Shown piece by piece: positions 1 to 12,258 of a stretch of 64,000 bases of DNA. The stretch's first letter is position 1; the number at the start of each line of letters is the position of its first letter. Origin of the DNA: Macrostomum lignano (lineage: Eukaryota); NCBI GenBank assembly GCA_002269645.1, contig NIVC01000897.1, forward strand, positions 248,001 through 312,000, in the 5' to 3' direction. Below the pieces are notes generated by a model. That model did no database searches. It was not told where the DNA came from and was given only the letters and a program-made list of their open reading frames with translations. The translations under genes were made by a program, and so were the position numbers.

Positions 1-2000
1 AAAACCCTATAGAATCGCTTTTCCAAAACCCTGTAGAATCGCCCCTCCAACACCCCTGTAGAATCGCCCCTCCAACAACCCTGTGGAATCGCCCCTCAAA
101 CACCCTGTAGAATCGCCCCTCCAACAACCCTGTAGAATCGCCCCTCCAACACCCCTGTAGAATCGCCCCTCAAACACCCTGTGGAATCGCCCCTCCAACA
201 CCCCGTAGAATCGCCCTTCAAGACCCTGTGTAATCGCCCCTCCAACAACCCTGTGGAATCGCCCCTCAAACACCCTGTAGAATCGCCCCTCCAACAACCC
301 TGTAGAATCGCCCCTCCAACAACCCTGTAGAATCGCCCCTCCAACACCCTGTAGAATCGCCCCTCCAAAACCCTATAGAATCGCTTTTCCAAAACCCTGT
401 AGAATCGCCCCTCCAACACCCCTGTAGAATCGCCCCTCCAACACCCCGTAGAATCGCCCTTCAAGACCCTGTGTAATCGCCCCTCCAACAACCCTGTGGA
501 ATCGCCCCTCAAACACCCTGTAGAATCGCCCCTCCAACAACCCTGTAGAATCGCCCCTCCAACAACCCTGTAGAATCGCCCCTCCAACAACCCTGTAGAA
601 TCGCCCCTCAAACACCCTGTGGAATCGCCCCTCCAACACCCCGTAGAATCGCCCTTCAAGACCCTGTGTAATCGCCCCTCCAACACCCCTGTAGAATCGC
701 CCCTCAAACACCCTGTGGAATCGCCCCTCCAACACCCCGTAGAATCGCCCTTCAAGACCCTGTGTAATCGCCCCTCCAACAACCCTGTGGAATCGCCCCT
801 CAAACACCCTGTAGAATCGCCCCTCCAACAACCCTGTAGAATCGCCCCTCCAACAACCCTGTAGAATCGCCCCTCCAACAACCCTGTAGAATCGCCCCTC
901 CAACAACCCTGTGGAATCGCCCCTCAAACACCCTGTAGAATCGCCCCTCCAAAACCCTATAGAATCGCTTTTCCAAAACCCTGTAGAATCGCCCCTCCAA
1001 CACCCCTGTAGAATCGCCCCTCCAACAACCCTGTGGAATCGCCCCTCAAACACCCTGTAGAATCGCCCCTCCAACAACCCTGTAGAATCGCCCCTCCAAC
1101 AACCCTGTGGAATCGCCCCTCAAACACCCTGTAGAATCGCCCCTCCAACAACCCTGTAGAATCGCCCCTCCAACAACCCTGTAGAATCGCCCCTCCAACA
1201 ACCCTGTAGAATCGCCCCTCAAACACCCTGTGGAATCGCCCCTCCAACACCCCGTAGAATCGCCCTTCAAGACCCTGTGTAATCGCCCCTCCAACACCCC
1301 TGTAGAATCGCCCCTCAAACACCCTGTGGAATCGCCCCTCCAACACCCCGTAGAATCGCCCTTCAAGACCCTGTGTAATCGCCCCTCCAACAACCCTGTG
1401 GAATCGCCCCTCAAACACCCTGTAGAATCGCCCCTCCAACAACCCTGTAGAATCGCCCCTCCAACAACCCTGTAGAATCGCCCCTCCAACAACCCTGTGG
1501 AATCGCCCCTCAAACACCCTGTAGAATCGCCCCTCCAACAACCCTGTAGAATCGCCCCTCCAACAACCCTGTAGAATCGCCCCTCCAACAACCCTGTGGA
1601 ATCGCCCCTCAAACACCCTGTAGAATCGCCCCTCCAAAACCCTATAGAATCGCTTTTCCAAAACCCTGTAGAATCGCCCCTCCAACACCCCTGTAGAATC
1701 GCCCCTCCAACAACCCTGTGGAATCGCCCCTCAAACACCCTGTAGAATCGCCCCTCCAACAACCCTGTAGAATCGCCCTTCAAACACCCTGTAGAATCGC
1801 CCCTCCAACAACCCTGTAGAATCGCCCCTCCAACAACCCTGTAGAATCGCCCCTCCAACAACCCTGTGGAATCGCCCCTCAAACACCCTGTAGAATCGCC
1901 CCTCCAAAACCCTATAGAATCGCTTTTCCAAAACCCTGTAGAATCGCCCCTCCAACACCCCTGTAGAATCGCCCCTCCAACACCCTGTAGAATCGCCCCC
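1..2000. repeat. Minisatellite, 24-25 bp unit (CCCTGTAGAATCGCCCCTCCAACAA), ~80 copies, runs off the left edge
   Basis: Direct tandem repetition. Variant AAAACCCTATAGAATCGCTTTTCC recurs at ~1, 368, 952, 1637 and 1908. Confidence 0.97.
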
Positions 2001-2816
2001 AGTAACTCAACACTTAGTCCCTCTCGCACTGTTTCAGTTGCTATGCGACGCAGCAGACGAGGAGAACGAACAGGCAGGCACGACTCCCCCAGCGGAAGTG
2101 GCAGCGGCCGATGCCGCCAACGAGGAGTCGCCCTCGCTGTTCGATTTCAGCTTCCGCGCATAAATTTTCGTTTGCTGCTGAAACAGTTAAAAGTGCGTTT
2201 CCATTTTTTGTTTTTATTTTCTAGACAGAAAAAGAGATTCGAGGAAAAGGAATCGTTGAAATATTTTCAGTTACCGGTGTTACCTAACTGGTGTTGGCTC
2301 AGCTTTCCTTATTCATGCATATTTTATTGTCTTAGTATTTTTAGTGCGCTTGCACTCTCCGCCCGGGTTCTTTACACATTGCTGTCTGAGAATCTACTCA
2401 CAGTTTTATATTGAAGCCTCAAAAACAATTTCAGCTAATAAAATTCTAGCAAGACATTTTTGGGCTTGAATTGCTTTTGTTCGATCCCCGCTGTTTTTTT
2501 TTTCTTAGATTTTTCTGTTCGGTTTTTCTGTTTTGTTTTCGCTCGCCTTCTTTTAATTGTGTTTCAATTTTTGTATGCTCGCATTTTTAATAAATTGGCA
2601 CTTATTAACCCCAAGCAGTTTTGATGCAGCTCAAATTTTGCTGCAGAGATCGAGTGGCTGAAATTTCCTGTTCATGCCAATTCCTTTTATCGCGTTTCTG
2701 ACTTTTCCCCCCGAGTGTGCAAATTTGATTTCTGATTTAAGAAGCCCTTTATTAGTGCCACCTCCTCTCTCCCTCTCGAGGTGCTTTCCAATTTCCTGAG
2801 ATCCAACGGCGCGCCT

Positions 2817-2975
2817 GACCTTTGCAGCTCAGCGGTAAACGCGTCTGACTCCTGCGCCGCGACCCCTGGTTCGATTCCCACCCATGAGAGCCGACCACCA
2901 AGGCGCAGAGAGTGTACATGCCTGATGATTAGACAGTCAGTGCCGCTGTACACTCTGTGTGAGCGTGCCTGTGCG
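2817..2975 (+). mobile_element. tRNA-derived SINE-like head or tRNA pseudogene (Pol III A/B boxes) with a downstream hairpin
   Basis: A-box-like GCAGCTCAGCGG at 2824-2835 and B-box GGTTCGATTCC at 2868-2878 at tRNA-like spacing. The anticodon arm does not pair. An AGAGTGTACA...TGTACACTCT stem follows. Confidence 0.45.
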
Positions 2976-3087
2976 TTTTTACGTGCTCAAGATAGTCGAT
3001 AGTTTGTTAGAGTTTTGGCTTGTCGATTTTTTAGTCACTTATCTCTCTAATTCTCGGGTTGTGTTATGACCGATCTCTTCGATTGTT

Positions 3088-3955
3088 AGCCTCCCAGATC
3101 CTCAGGCTGAGCAGCCAGCCTCCCATACCCTCAGGCTGAGCAGCAACTCTCCCAGATCCTCAGGCTGAGCAGCCAGCCTCCCAGATCCTCAGGCTGAGCA
3201 GCAACTCTCCCAGATCCTCAGGCTGAGCAGCAACTCTCCCAGATCCTCAGGCTGAGCAGCAACTCTCCCAGATCCTCAGGCTGAGCAGCCAGCCTCCCAT
3301 ACCCTCAGGCTGAGCAGCAACTCTCCCAGATCCTCAGGCTGAGCAGCAACTCTCCCAGATCCTCAGGCTGAGCAGCAACTCTCCCAGATCCTCAGGCTGA
3401 GCAGCCAGCCTCCCATACCCTCAGGCTGAGCAGCAACTCTCCCAGATCCTCAGGCTGAGCAGCAACTCTCCCAGATCCTCAGGCTGAGCAGCAACTCTCC
3501 CAGATCCTTAGGCTGAGCAGCAACTCTCCCAGATCCTCAGGCTGAGCAGCCAGCCTCCCAGATCCTCAGGCTGAGCAGCCACACTCCCAGATCCTCAGGC
3601 TGAGCAGCCTCACTCCCAGAACCTCAGGCTGAGCAACCTCACTCCCAGATCATCAGGCTGAGCAGCAACTCTCCCAGATCCTCGGGCTGAGCAGCCACAC
3701 TCCCAGATCCTCAGGCTGAGCAGCCTCACTCCCAGAACCTCAGGCTGAGCAGCCTCACTCCCAGATCCTCAGGCTGAGCAGCAACTCTCCCAGATCCTCA
3801 GGCTGAGCAGCAACTCTCCCTGCCTCCCAGAGCCTCAGGCTGAGCAGCCACTATCCCAGATCCTCAGGCTGAGCAGCCACACTCCCAGAGCCTCAGGCTG
3901 AGCAGCCACTATCCCAGAGCCTCAGGCTGAGCAGCCAGCCTCCCAGACCTTAGGC
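3088..3955. repeat. Minisatellite, 29-bp unit (CTCCCAGATCCTCAGGCTGAGCAGCAACT), ~30 copies
   Basis: Direct tandem repetition. Same family as 21982-22592 in the opposite orientation. Confidence 0.96.
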
Positions 3956-4816
3956 TCATATCTTAAATAGTTATCGTTCGTAAAAAGCAACCCAACGCTC
4001 AGTTATAAGTAGCCAATGCAGCTGTACAGAACTTTCTCTCGACTGTAACTATACATGTATAAGCACTGCACAGATTCATTGCTGAGTGCACGAGACAAGG
4101 GCTATGTATATCTTGCTTAGCCCGGCAAGCACAGCACGTGACTGTCTGAGCCTGCAATAATCGCGGCAATGCATTCCTACAAGCCTGCAGGCAGTTCCAC
4201 GGGTCCTGCCGCCGCGGTGCCTCCATGATGCTGGGCCTGACAAACGCGGGCAATCGCAGCAGCAAGGGTTTTAGGCGGGGGATTTCGAGACTATAGCTTA
4301 GGATTTTCTCATATCCCCCTAATCCCCTCTAGTCTGAGGGAAAATATCCACCCTATCGAAAAAGGCTGGCTCATGCAGACTCTTTGATAGCGCCTCATCA
4401 ACACAGCCATGCGTCGTAGTCTCTTTGTCTCGCCTTTTTTCAATTCTCATATTGAAGCTTTTTTAGCATTGAAATTTCGAGCCACTTGTCATCGTGTCTC
4501 CCTTTGCAGTCCCTTCCGGCTCTTTTTTAGTTGTCTGCCTTTGCGATTTGCCTGAGTAGGTCATGAGAGCTTTAGTGTTGTCAAAGAGAATAATTATTTG
4601 CCTGATTTTCCCGGTTTATGAGAAATTTTCTGCACAATAGCTTTAGCGACTTCTTTTGAGTTGAGCGCTTCAATCAGATACCCTGAGTAGGACTAAATTA
4701 TAATTGGGACTCAATTTCAACGCTTGTTAGCGTGGGAAGTAGAGTTTTGGCTTCTGGGGTAAGGGAGAAGTGTCAAACAAATAGGGCCATCTGCTTTTAT
4801 ATGATTTTGGCTATGG

Positions 4817-5465
4817 TAGGCTGTAATTGTGTCAGGGTAGATTGGGATTGTGTCAGAGTAGGCTGTAATTGTGTCAGGTTAGGCTGTGATTGTGTCAGGG
4901 AAGGCTGTAATTGTGTCAGGGAAGGCTGTGATTGTGTCAGTGTAGATTGGGATTGTGTCAGAGTAGGCTGTAATTGTGTCAGGGAAAGCTGTGATTCTGT
5001 CAGGATAGGCTGTAATTGTGTCAGGTTAGGCTGTGATTGTGTCAGGGAAGGCTGTAATTGTGTCAGGGAAGGCTGTGATTGTGTCAGTGTAGATTGGGAT
5101 TGTGTCAGGGAAAGCTGTGATTGTGTCAGGGAAAGCTGTGATTCTGTCAGGATAGGCTGTAATTGTGTCAGGTTAGGCTGTGATTGTGTCAGGGAAGGCT
5201 GTAATTGTGTCAGGGAAGGCTGTGATTGTGTCAGGGAAGGCTGTGATTGTGTCAGGGTAGATTCAGATTGTGTCAGGGTAGGCTGTGATTGTGTCAGGGA
5301 AAGCTGTGATTGTGTCAGGATAGGCTGTAATTGTGTCAGGTTAGGCTGTGATTGTGTCAGGTTAGGCTGTGATTGTGTCAGGGAAGGCTGTGATTGTGTC
5401 AGGGAAGGCTGTGATTGTGTCAGGATAGGCTGTGATTGTGTCAGGGAAGGCTGTGATTGTGTCAA
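4817..5465. repeat. Minisatellite, 21-bp unit (GGCTGTGATTGTGTCAGGGAA), ~31 copies
   Basis: Direct tandem repetition. Confidence 0.96.
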
Positions 5466-6080
5466 GTTGGCAGATTATGACCCCTCTGACCCTTCTAAGC
5501 CGTACTAACCCATCCTCATAAACAGCTTCTGTACTCGTGTGATCCCCTCCTCACCTTCCTAATCCTCTCCTAACCTTTTAGATTACCCTAGCGACCCACT
5601 GAACACCATTGAAGTCCCCTTATAATTTACGAATATCCTTGACCCACTGATCTGCTCTCATTTCTCGTTTCTTCTTGACTAAACTCTGCGCTTATTCGGG
5701 CGAGCACAAGATCGCATTCCTGCACACAGGTGTTACCTGTTCTCCCATTCCCGTTAAGGCCAATTTGCCTCAGCTCAGCGGACCCACTGCGTCTCGACAT
5801 CCGCAAGCCGCAATTTTTCTCTTTCGCTATCGTCTGTCTTCCCAGCGGAGGAGCTCAACCGAAATTCAAAATCAACCCCCCCAGTCTGTCAGCGCTTCGA
5901 GAGACGCACCGCGGTTCCCGCTGCTCGCAAAAGCAGTGCTGCTCGGCGAAGCGAAGAGAAAAGGGCGGGTGGGGAGCCTTGAGGCTGATTTGATTCCCTC
6001 GCCTCGTTGAGTTCACTTGTCGCCGGTGCTGTTGTACTTCGTCGGATTGCTGTGTACTTAAGAAAAAAAAAAAAAACTTG

Positions 6081-7093
6081 GAGTCATTAACATTCAGCTA
6101 TCAATCTCTCACTGAGTCATTAACATTCAGCTATCAATCTCTCACTGAGTCATTATCATTCAGCTATCAATCTCTCACTGAGTCATTATCATTCAGCTAT
6201 CAATCTCTCACTGAGTCATTATCATTCAGCTTTTAATCTCTCACTGAGTCATTATCATTCAGCTATCAATCTCTCACTGAGTCATTATCATTCAGCTTTC
6301 AATCTCTCACTGAGTCATTATCATTCAGCTATCAATCTCTCACTGAGTCATTATCATTCAGCTATCAATCTCTCACTGAGTCATTATCATTCAGCTATCA
6401 ATCTCTCACTGAGTCATTATCATTCAGCTATCAATCTCTCACTGAGTCATTATCATCCAGCTTTCAATCTCTCACTGAGTCATTAACATTCAGCTATCAA
6501 TCTCTCACTGAGTCATTATCATTCAGCTATCAATCTCTCACTGAGTCATTATCATTCAGCTATCAATCTCTCACTGAGTCATTATCATTCAGCTACCAAT
6601 CTCTCACTGAGTCATTATCATTCAGCTACCAATCTCTCACTGAGTCATTATCATTCAGCTACCAATCTCTCACTGAGTCATTATCATTCAGCTACCAATC
6701 TCTCACTGAGTCATTATCATTCAGCTATCAATCTCTCACTGAGTCATTATCATTCAGCTACCAATCTCTCACTGAGTCATTATCATTCAGCTATCAATCT
6801 CTCACTGAGTCATTATCATTCAGCTACCAATCTCTCACTGAGTCATTATCATTCAGCTACCAATCTCTCACTGAGTCATTATCATTCAGCTACCAATCTC
6901 TCACTGAGTCATTATCATTCAGCTACCAATCTCTCACTGAGTCATTAACATTCAGCTATCAATCTCTCACTGAGTCATTATCATTCAGCTATCAATCTCT
7001 CACTGAGTCATTATCATTCAGCTATCAATCTCTCACTGAGTCATTATCATTCAGCTACCAATCTCTCACTGAGTCATTATCATTCAGCTACCA
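6081..7093. repeat. Minisatellite, 33-bp unit (GAGTCATTATCATTCAGCTATCAATCTCTCACT), ~30 highly homogeneous copies, preceded by an A-run
   Basis: Period 33 (GAGTC at 6081, 6114, ...). Confidence 0.97.
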
Positions 7094-7799
7094 TTAGGGA
7101 CTCAAGCGCCTCGCAGCCTTTAAAATGCATCAAACAAAACTTTTTTCCCCGCAGTTGTCAACCAGCTGCCTCTCTTCTCATTTCTCAGGCTGCGCCGCCA
7201 GCCCGCAAATACCCTTCATCAAAGTTTTAAAGGCAGACAGACTCTTCTACCTGTCTCTACTTAAGCCCGCTCGAGACTCTCTTCAAATCTCTCAGTTTCC
7301 TCCTGCTCACGCAGTCTCCATCGCAGGCCATTTGCCTGCCACTCATCAGGCGAAGCCTTTTACCCGGACCCTTGAACCTCTCTGGCGCGCTGGCCCCACA
7401 CTTCTCTCTCTCTCTCTCTCTGTCCGTCTCCCTCCAGAATTATGTCTCGTGACAACCACCGGCTTCAGTTCCCACATCCAGTTCAGTTCAGTCCAGTTCC
7501 GTTAAACACGGAAAGGCAAAAGAGAAGTTCACAGATAAATACTGAAATACGGGAGCTTGCTTGGCCAGGTGGAGGGGTGGAAGGCATCTGTCGCACCGCA
7601 AACCAGCTGCGGTAGCAGCGACAATCAAAGTGAGTGTGCGCTGGCCGTCTGTAGGTTGGTGCAAATGACAGCATCTGGATAAACTGCAACCGGAATTCAT
7701 CTTCTGGGCTAAATGGTCTGCAGCTGATACGCCACTGGCATTTCAGACTGCGCTATGGTTAATCCGTTGGCTAATCTCCGAATCTAGTTTCTGGCTCTC

Positions 7800-8965
7800 T
7801 CTGTGTTCAGGAAGAATCCCAATTCACTTTGTTTTTGGAAAGAATCCCACTCGATGCTTGGGAAGAATCTCACCTCTCTCCTTGTGTTTAGAAAGAATCT
7901 CATTCATCTCTGCGTTTAGGAAGAATCTCACCTCTCTCCTTGTGTTTAGAAAGAATCCCATTCATCTCTGCGTTTGGGAAGAATCTCACGTCTCGTTTTG
8001 TATATGAGACGAATCCAACCTCTGTGTTTGGGAAGAATCCCCACCTCTCTCTGCATATGGGAAAAATTACACCTCTCTCTGTGTTTGGGAAGAATCCCCA
8101 CCTCTCTCTGCATATGGGAAAAATTACACCTCTCTCTGTGTTTGGGAAGAATCCCACCTCTCTCTGTGTTTGGGAAGAATCCCCACCTCTCTCTGCATAT
8201 GGGAAAAATTACACCTCTCTCTGTGTTTGGGAAGAATCCCACCTCTCTCTGTGTTTGGGAAGAATCCTCACCTCTCTCTGCATATGGGAAAAATTACACC
8301 TCTCTCTGTGTTTGGGAAGAATCCCACCTCTCTCTGTGTTTGGGAAGAATCCCACCTCTCTCTGTGTTTGGGAAGAATCCCACCTCTCTCTGTGTTTGGG
8401 AAGAATCCCACCTCTCTCTGTGTTTGGGAAGAATCCCCACCTCTCTCTGCATATGAGAAAAATTACACCTCTCTCTGTGTTTGGGAAGAATCCCCACCTC
8501 TCTCTGCATATGGGAAAAATTACACCTCTCTCTGTGTTTGGGAAGAATCCCACCTCTCTCTGTGTTTGGGAAGAATCCCACCTCTCTCTGTGTTTGGGAA
8601 GAATCCCCACCTCTCTCTGCATATGGGAAAAATTACACCTCTCTCTGTGTTTGGGAAGAATCCCCACCTCTCTCTGCATATGGGAAAAATTACACCTCTC
8701 TCTGTGTTTGGGAAGAATCCCCACCTCTCTCTGCATATGGGAAAAATTACACCTCTCTCTGTGTTTGGGAAGAATCCCCACCTCTCTCTGCATATGGGAA
8801 AAATTACACCTCTCTCTGTGTTTGGGAAGAATCCCACCTCTCTCTGTGTTTGGGAAGAATCCCACCTCTCTCTGTGTTTGGGAAGAATCCCACCTCTCTC
8901 TGTGTATGAAAAGATTCCCCACCTCTCATTGGGAAGAATCCCACTTCTTGTGTTTGGGAGAAATC
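7800..8965. repeat. Minisatellite, ~28-30 bp units (GGGAAGAATCCCACCTCTCTCTGTGTTT alternating with GGGAAAAATTACACCTCTCTCTG..)
   Basis: Direct tandem repetition with a dimeric variant and degenerate edges. Confidence 0.94.
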
Positions 8966-9598
8966 CCACCCGAAGAATTCCCAGTTTTCAATCGCCAGTC
9001 GCCACCACAAACTCTTGCAAGAGCTCTGGGAGATTTTAACTAAAAGGCAGAGCAATGCAGAACGGCAGTCATAGCCTGAGATCCGGTCTGATACTTCTGA
9101 CCAAGTCAGCATCTCCAGCCGTAGCAGCATCGGGGGTGTTAGACAGGTTTTGCACACAATACTAGCATAGCAACAATAACCAATCAGTCTAATGAATATT
9201 AATATATGGCACTGTCTAATTTGGTGTGGACAAGCTGGCCAGCAAATATGACAGCTACGAGCTATTCAAACGCACCCAACTGAACTTCAATTAGTTGAAA
9301 AGTCCGTGTATATTTTATTTCATCTCGATCAGAAGATTCACAGCAATAAAATGACCGGAAAGTGAGGGCGGTTCACTGTGCCAAAAAAAGTTTACTGATA
9401 ATTTGAAATTGGATTTCAAAGTTTCATTGACCGACTGGTGCAATTCAAGGGGTGTGTGTGTGTGAAACAGAGTCGAATTGACTGCTATGCTACATTAGTA
9501 GTGATTTTAAGTACAGTTGCGATTTGTCAAGAAAAATAGTAATATGAGAAATATGGACCCGAAGCAAGGGTGGCCTTAAGACTTACTTTTTGACCAAA

Positions 9599-9775
9599 AA
9601 TGCGACTTACCTATGAAAGAAACGTAAGCAAAGTTAACGTAATTTTGGGTGAACGGCGGGAGTAAATGAACTGTCTTAATTAAGGCTAAAGCTTCGTCAT
9701 CTAATTAGTACTCCGTCTATTTTCGGGTGGCCATTTTTGCGACTCTGCGATTTTTGGATCGGTGTTGCGCATGTA
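9599..9775 (+). repeat. Dispersed repeat copy A containing a degenerate 28S rRNA fragment (9647-9709); not a functional rRNA gene
   Basis: GGGTGAACGGCGGGAGTAA...TCGTCATCTAATTAGT aligns to the conserved eukaryotic 28S segment GGGTAAACGGCGGGAGTAACTATGACTCTCTTAAGGTAGCCAAATGCCTCGTCATCTAATTAGT (recalled). Shares non-rRNA flanks with 28988-29187. Confidence 0.7.
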
Positions 9776-9900
9776 ATGCTGGCGCGGTGTACAAGCGCTC
9801 AACCTATGAGTTGTAATCTTGTCACACAAGAAATCAATTATTCGATTAAACAGAAAGCCGAGGCCATAGTGACCGACAGTCGTCAGGTGTCGATCAGGTG

Positions 9901-10626
9901 TTACACCGCACCACCTGACTGATTGACAGACACCGGCAGCAGCTCCATCTCCTCCGGCTGCCGGCTGGGTGCCTCCGCCATCAAATTCTCCTTGTCCTCC
10001 TCCGGCTGCAGCTCCTGCAGCTCGCCCTGATGGCAGGACTGGCTGGCCAACTCGCGGCAGCCGCCAGCAGCCGCCGACTTGCCACCGTCGGCGCTGCTTC
10101 GGCCCCTCTGGGAGGTGGCGGCGGTGGCGGCGGCGGCCGCGCTCTGCCGGATGCCGAGAATGCGGAAGGCTTCAGCTTTGAAGGCCGGCCCGGCCAGGCA
10201 GTAGAGCAGGAAGTGAATGGCGTAGTTGAGGTTGAACATGGAGTAACACAGGATCTGGATGAGGTACACCACGTTCAGCAGTACCGGCCTGCTCATTATC
10301 TCCACGCGTTTCTCTTTGAGCAGCAGCATGAGCAGGAGGTAGGGCAGCGAGGACAACAAGTAGAAGAAGTTCGTGCACAGCAGCATCCGGGTCAGGTTGC
10401 GGCCGCTGCCGCTGCGGTGCTGCTTGTTGAGGTTGGTCTCGCGGCGGGCGCGCACCTGGCGGAGTTTGCGCACAATCAACAGGTTGGCTGCCAGCATGAT
10501 TAGGAACGGGCCGATGGTCACCAGGCCAGGGTCAATGTAGGTCACGTAGGTGTGCCTAATGATGGGATCGTGCAGGTGGCAGATGCTCAGGTTCTCGCGC
10601 TGAATCATGTTCGCGTGGAGCATCAC
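9901..10626 (-). CDS. Class A (rhodopsin-family) GPCR, FMRFamide/peptide-receptor-like, last coding exon (ECL2-TM5-TM7, C-tail)
   Basis: Acceptor cttcctcccctccAG at 10628-10627, phase 0. Encodes ECL2 Cys (NLSICHL), TM5 (GPFLIMLAANLLIVRKL), TM6 (TRMLLCTNFFYLLSSLPY) and TM7 (NYAIHFLLYCLAGPAFK). Stop at 9901-9903. Confidence 0.9.
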   Translation of the reverse strand: MMLHANMIQRENLSICHLHDPIIRHTYVTYIDPGLVTIGPFLIMLAANLLIVRKLRQVRARRETNLNKQHRSGSGRNLTRMLLCTNFFYLLSSLPYLLLMLLLKEKRVEIMSRPVLLNVVYLIQILCYSMFNLNYAIHFLLYCLAGPAFKAEAFRILGIRQSAAAAATAATSQRGRSSADGGKSAAAGGCRELASQSCHQGELQELQPEEDKENLMAEAPSRQPEEMELLPVSVNQSGGAV

Positions 10627-10725
10627 CTGGAGGGGAGGAAGCAGGCGGTGTGGGTTGCTTCAGTGTACGAGGCGTTTGGTAAGGCTAGTATTGGATCCTG
10701 GGGAGTCTGGCGGAGACTGATTTTG

Positions 10726-11262
10726 GGAGGGCGATTCTCTAATGGAGGGCGATTCTCTAATGGAGGGCGATTCTCTAATGGAGGGCGATTCTCTAATGGA
10801 GGGCGATTGTCTAATGGAGGGCGATTGTCTAATGGAGGGCGATTCTCTAATGGAGGGCGATTCTCTAATGGAGGGCGATTCTCTAATGGAGGGCGATTGT
10901 CTAATGGAGGGCGATTGTCTAATGGAGGGCGATTCTCTAATGGAGGGCGATTCTCTGGCGGAGGGCGATTCGCTAATGGAGAGCGATTCTCTGGCAGAGG
11001 GCGATTCTCTAATGGAGAGCGATTCTCTGGCAGAGGGCGATTCGCTAATGGAGAGCGATTCTCTGGCAGAGGGCGATTCGCTAATGGAGAGCGATTCTCT
11101 GGCAGAGGGCGGTTCTCTAATGGAGGGCGATTCTCTAATGGAGGGCGATTCTCTAATGGAGGGCGATTCTCTAATGGAGGGCGATTCTCTAATGGAGGGC
11201 GATTCTCTAATGGAGGGCGATTCTCTAATGGAGGGCGATTCTCTAATGGAGGGCGATTCTCT
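10726..11262. repeat. Minisatellite, 18-bp unit (GGAGGGCGATTCTCTAAT), ~30 copies, in the GPCR intron
   Basis: Direct tandem repetition. Confidence 0.96.
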
Positions 11263-12258
11263 GAAAGTGAATCTGTCCAAGCGATTCCGTACAGTCAACG
11301 CTCTGACGGGTTGCGGCCTGGGGAGGCAGATTCTCTCCGTAGGCTTCTTTATGCATCAATTTTTGTTGGAATCAAATGATCGTCCATATTTTTACGTGGA
11401 TTACCTGCAATTACAGGCATTTGGAATTATTGAGCTACAGAATCGTGTCTTTGGAATCCGTACATAACCAACCTCAGACATTCCAGCCTCTTTACTGTAT
11501 GCAGCCGGTTAACTAAAATCTGCACTTACATCAGCAGTCCAACCCAGGAATAACACAGAGAAGCTTTCTGCGATTTTTAAGAAAAGCTTAACAGCAAAGC
11601 AAAAGCAAAAAAGGAAAGGAAATTTCCAATGATTTCTGCCTTATTTTCTGGGAAGTTTGGGGAAATTGGGAAGATTTTTTGCGCGCGGACGGGGCCGGGG
11701 GAGGCAGCATCTGGTGCTAATTATTAATTCATGCTGGGAGCTGGTGCGCAGCATTGGGAGTCAGGTTTCAACCATGGGCGAGTTCGGTAAGACTTTTTTT
11801 GAAGGCCCAACTAGGCGAGCGACTCGCTAATTATTCAAAGCTGAAGCTGAGGGTCTGGGGACGAGTCGGAAAGAAAAGAATAGGGATATCCATGGCTCAA
11901 AGAGGGCTCCGGATAAGATCTGACTGATTCAATCTGCTTTGCAGTTGTTGCTTTTAGCCAGAATTGCTTTGGACTTTTTGCGACTTGTCTTATTTGGCTT
12001 CACATAGAACAGAAGTATTGCACAGGTTATTCTACTTGCATATTGAGTAGAAAAAATATGATAAGTTTCAAAGCCTTCGACCCGGCAACTAAGAAACCAA
12101 GGAAGCAAAAGAGGCATTGTCGGGATAAATTTAGTATAGAATTTCGTCGAGCAAACTTGCTTAGCCCGCGATGTTTGCTATCGTGTTTGCCCAGTCTTCT
12201 CTCTCTGCGCTTGTACTGAAAATTTCCACCACTCCCATGAGCTTGCATTGGCAACTCA

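Noticed and set aside
4732-5508. Cys-rich GCDCVRE heptad ORF resembling metallothionein or keratin-associated proteins
   Set aside because: It is the translation of a 21-bp minisatellite, the opposite strand is equally open, it starts at GTG, and there is no splice or signal support.
6081-7093. CRISPR-like appearance of the 29-33 bp and 63-68 bp arrays
   Set aside because: Head-to-tail repeats with no unique spacers, no cas genes and a eukaryotic context.
9647-9709. Functional rRNA gene
   Set aside because: Only ~63 nt of degenerate 28S similarity, with no flanking rRNA sequence.
10552-11467. NGGRFS / MEGDSL repeat ORFs
   Set aside because: They derive from an 18-bp intronic array on the strand opposite the GPCR.
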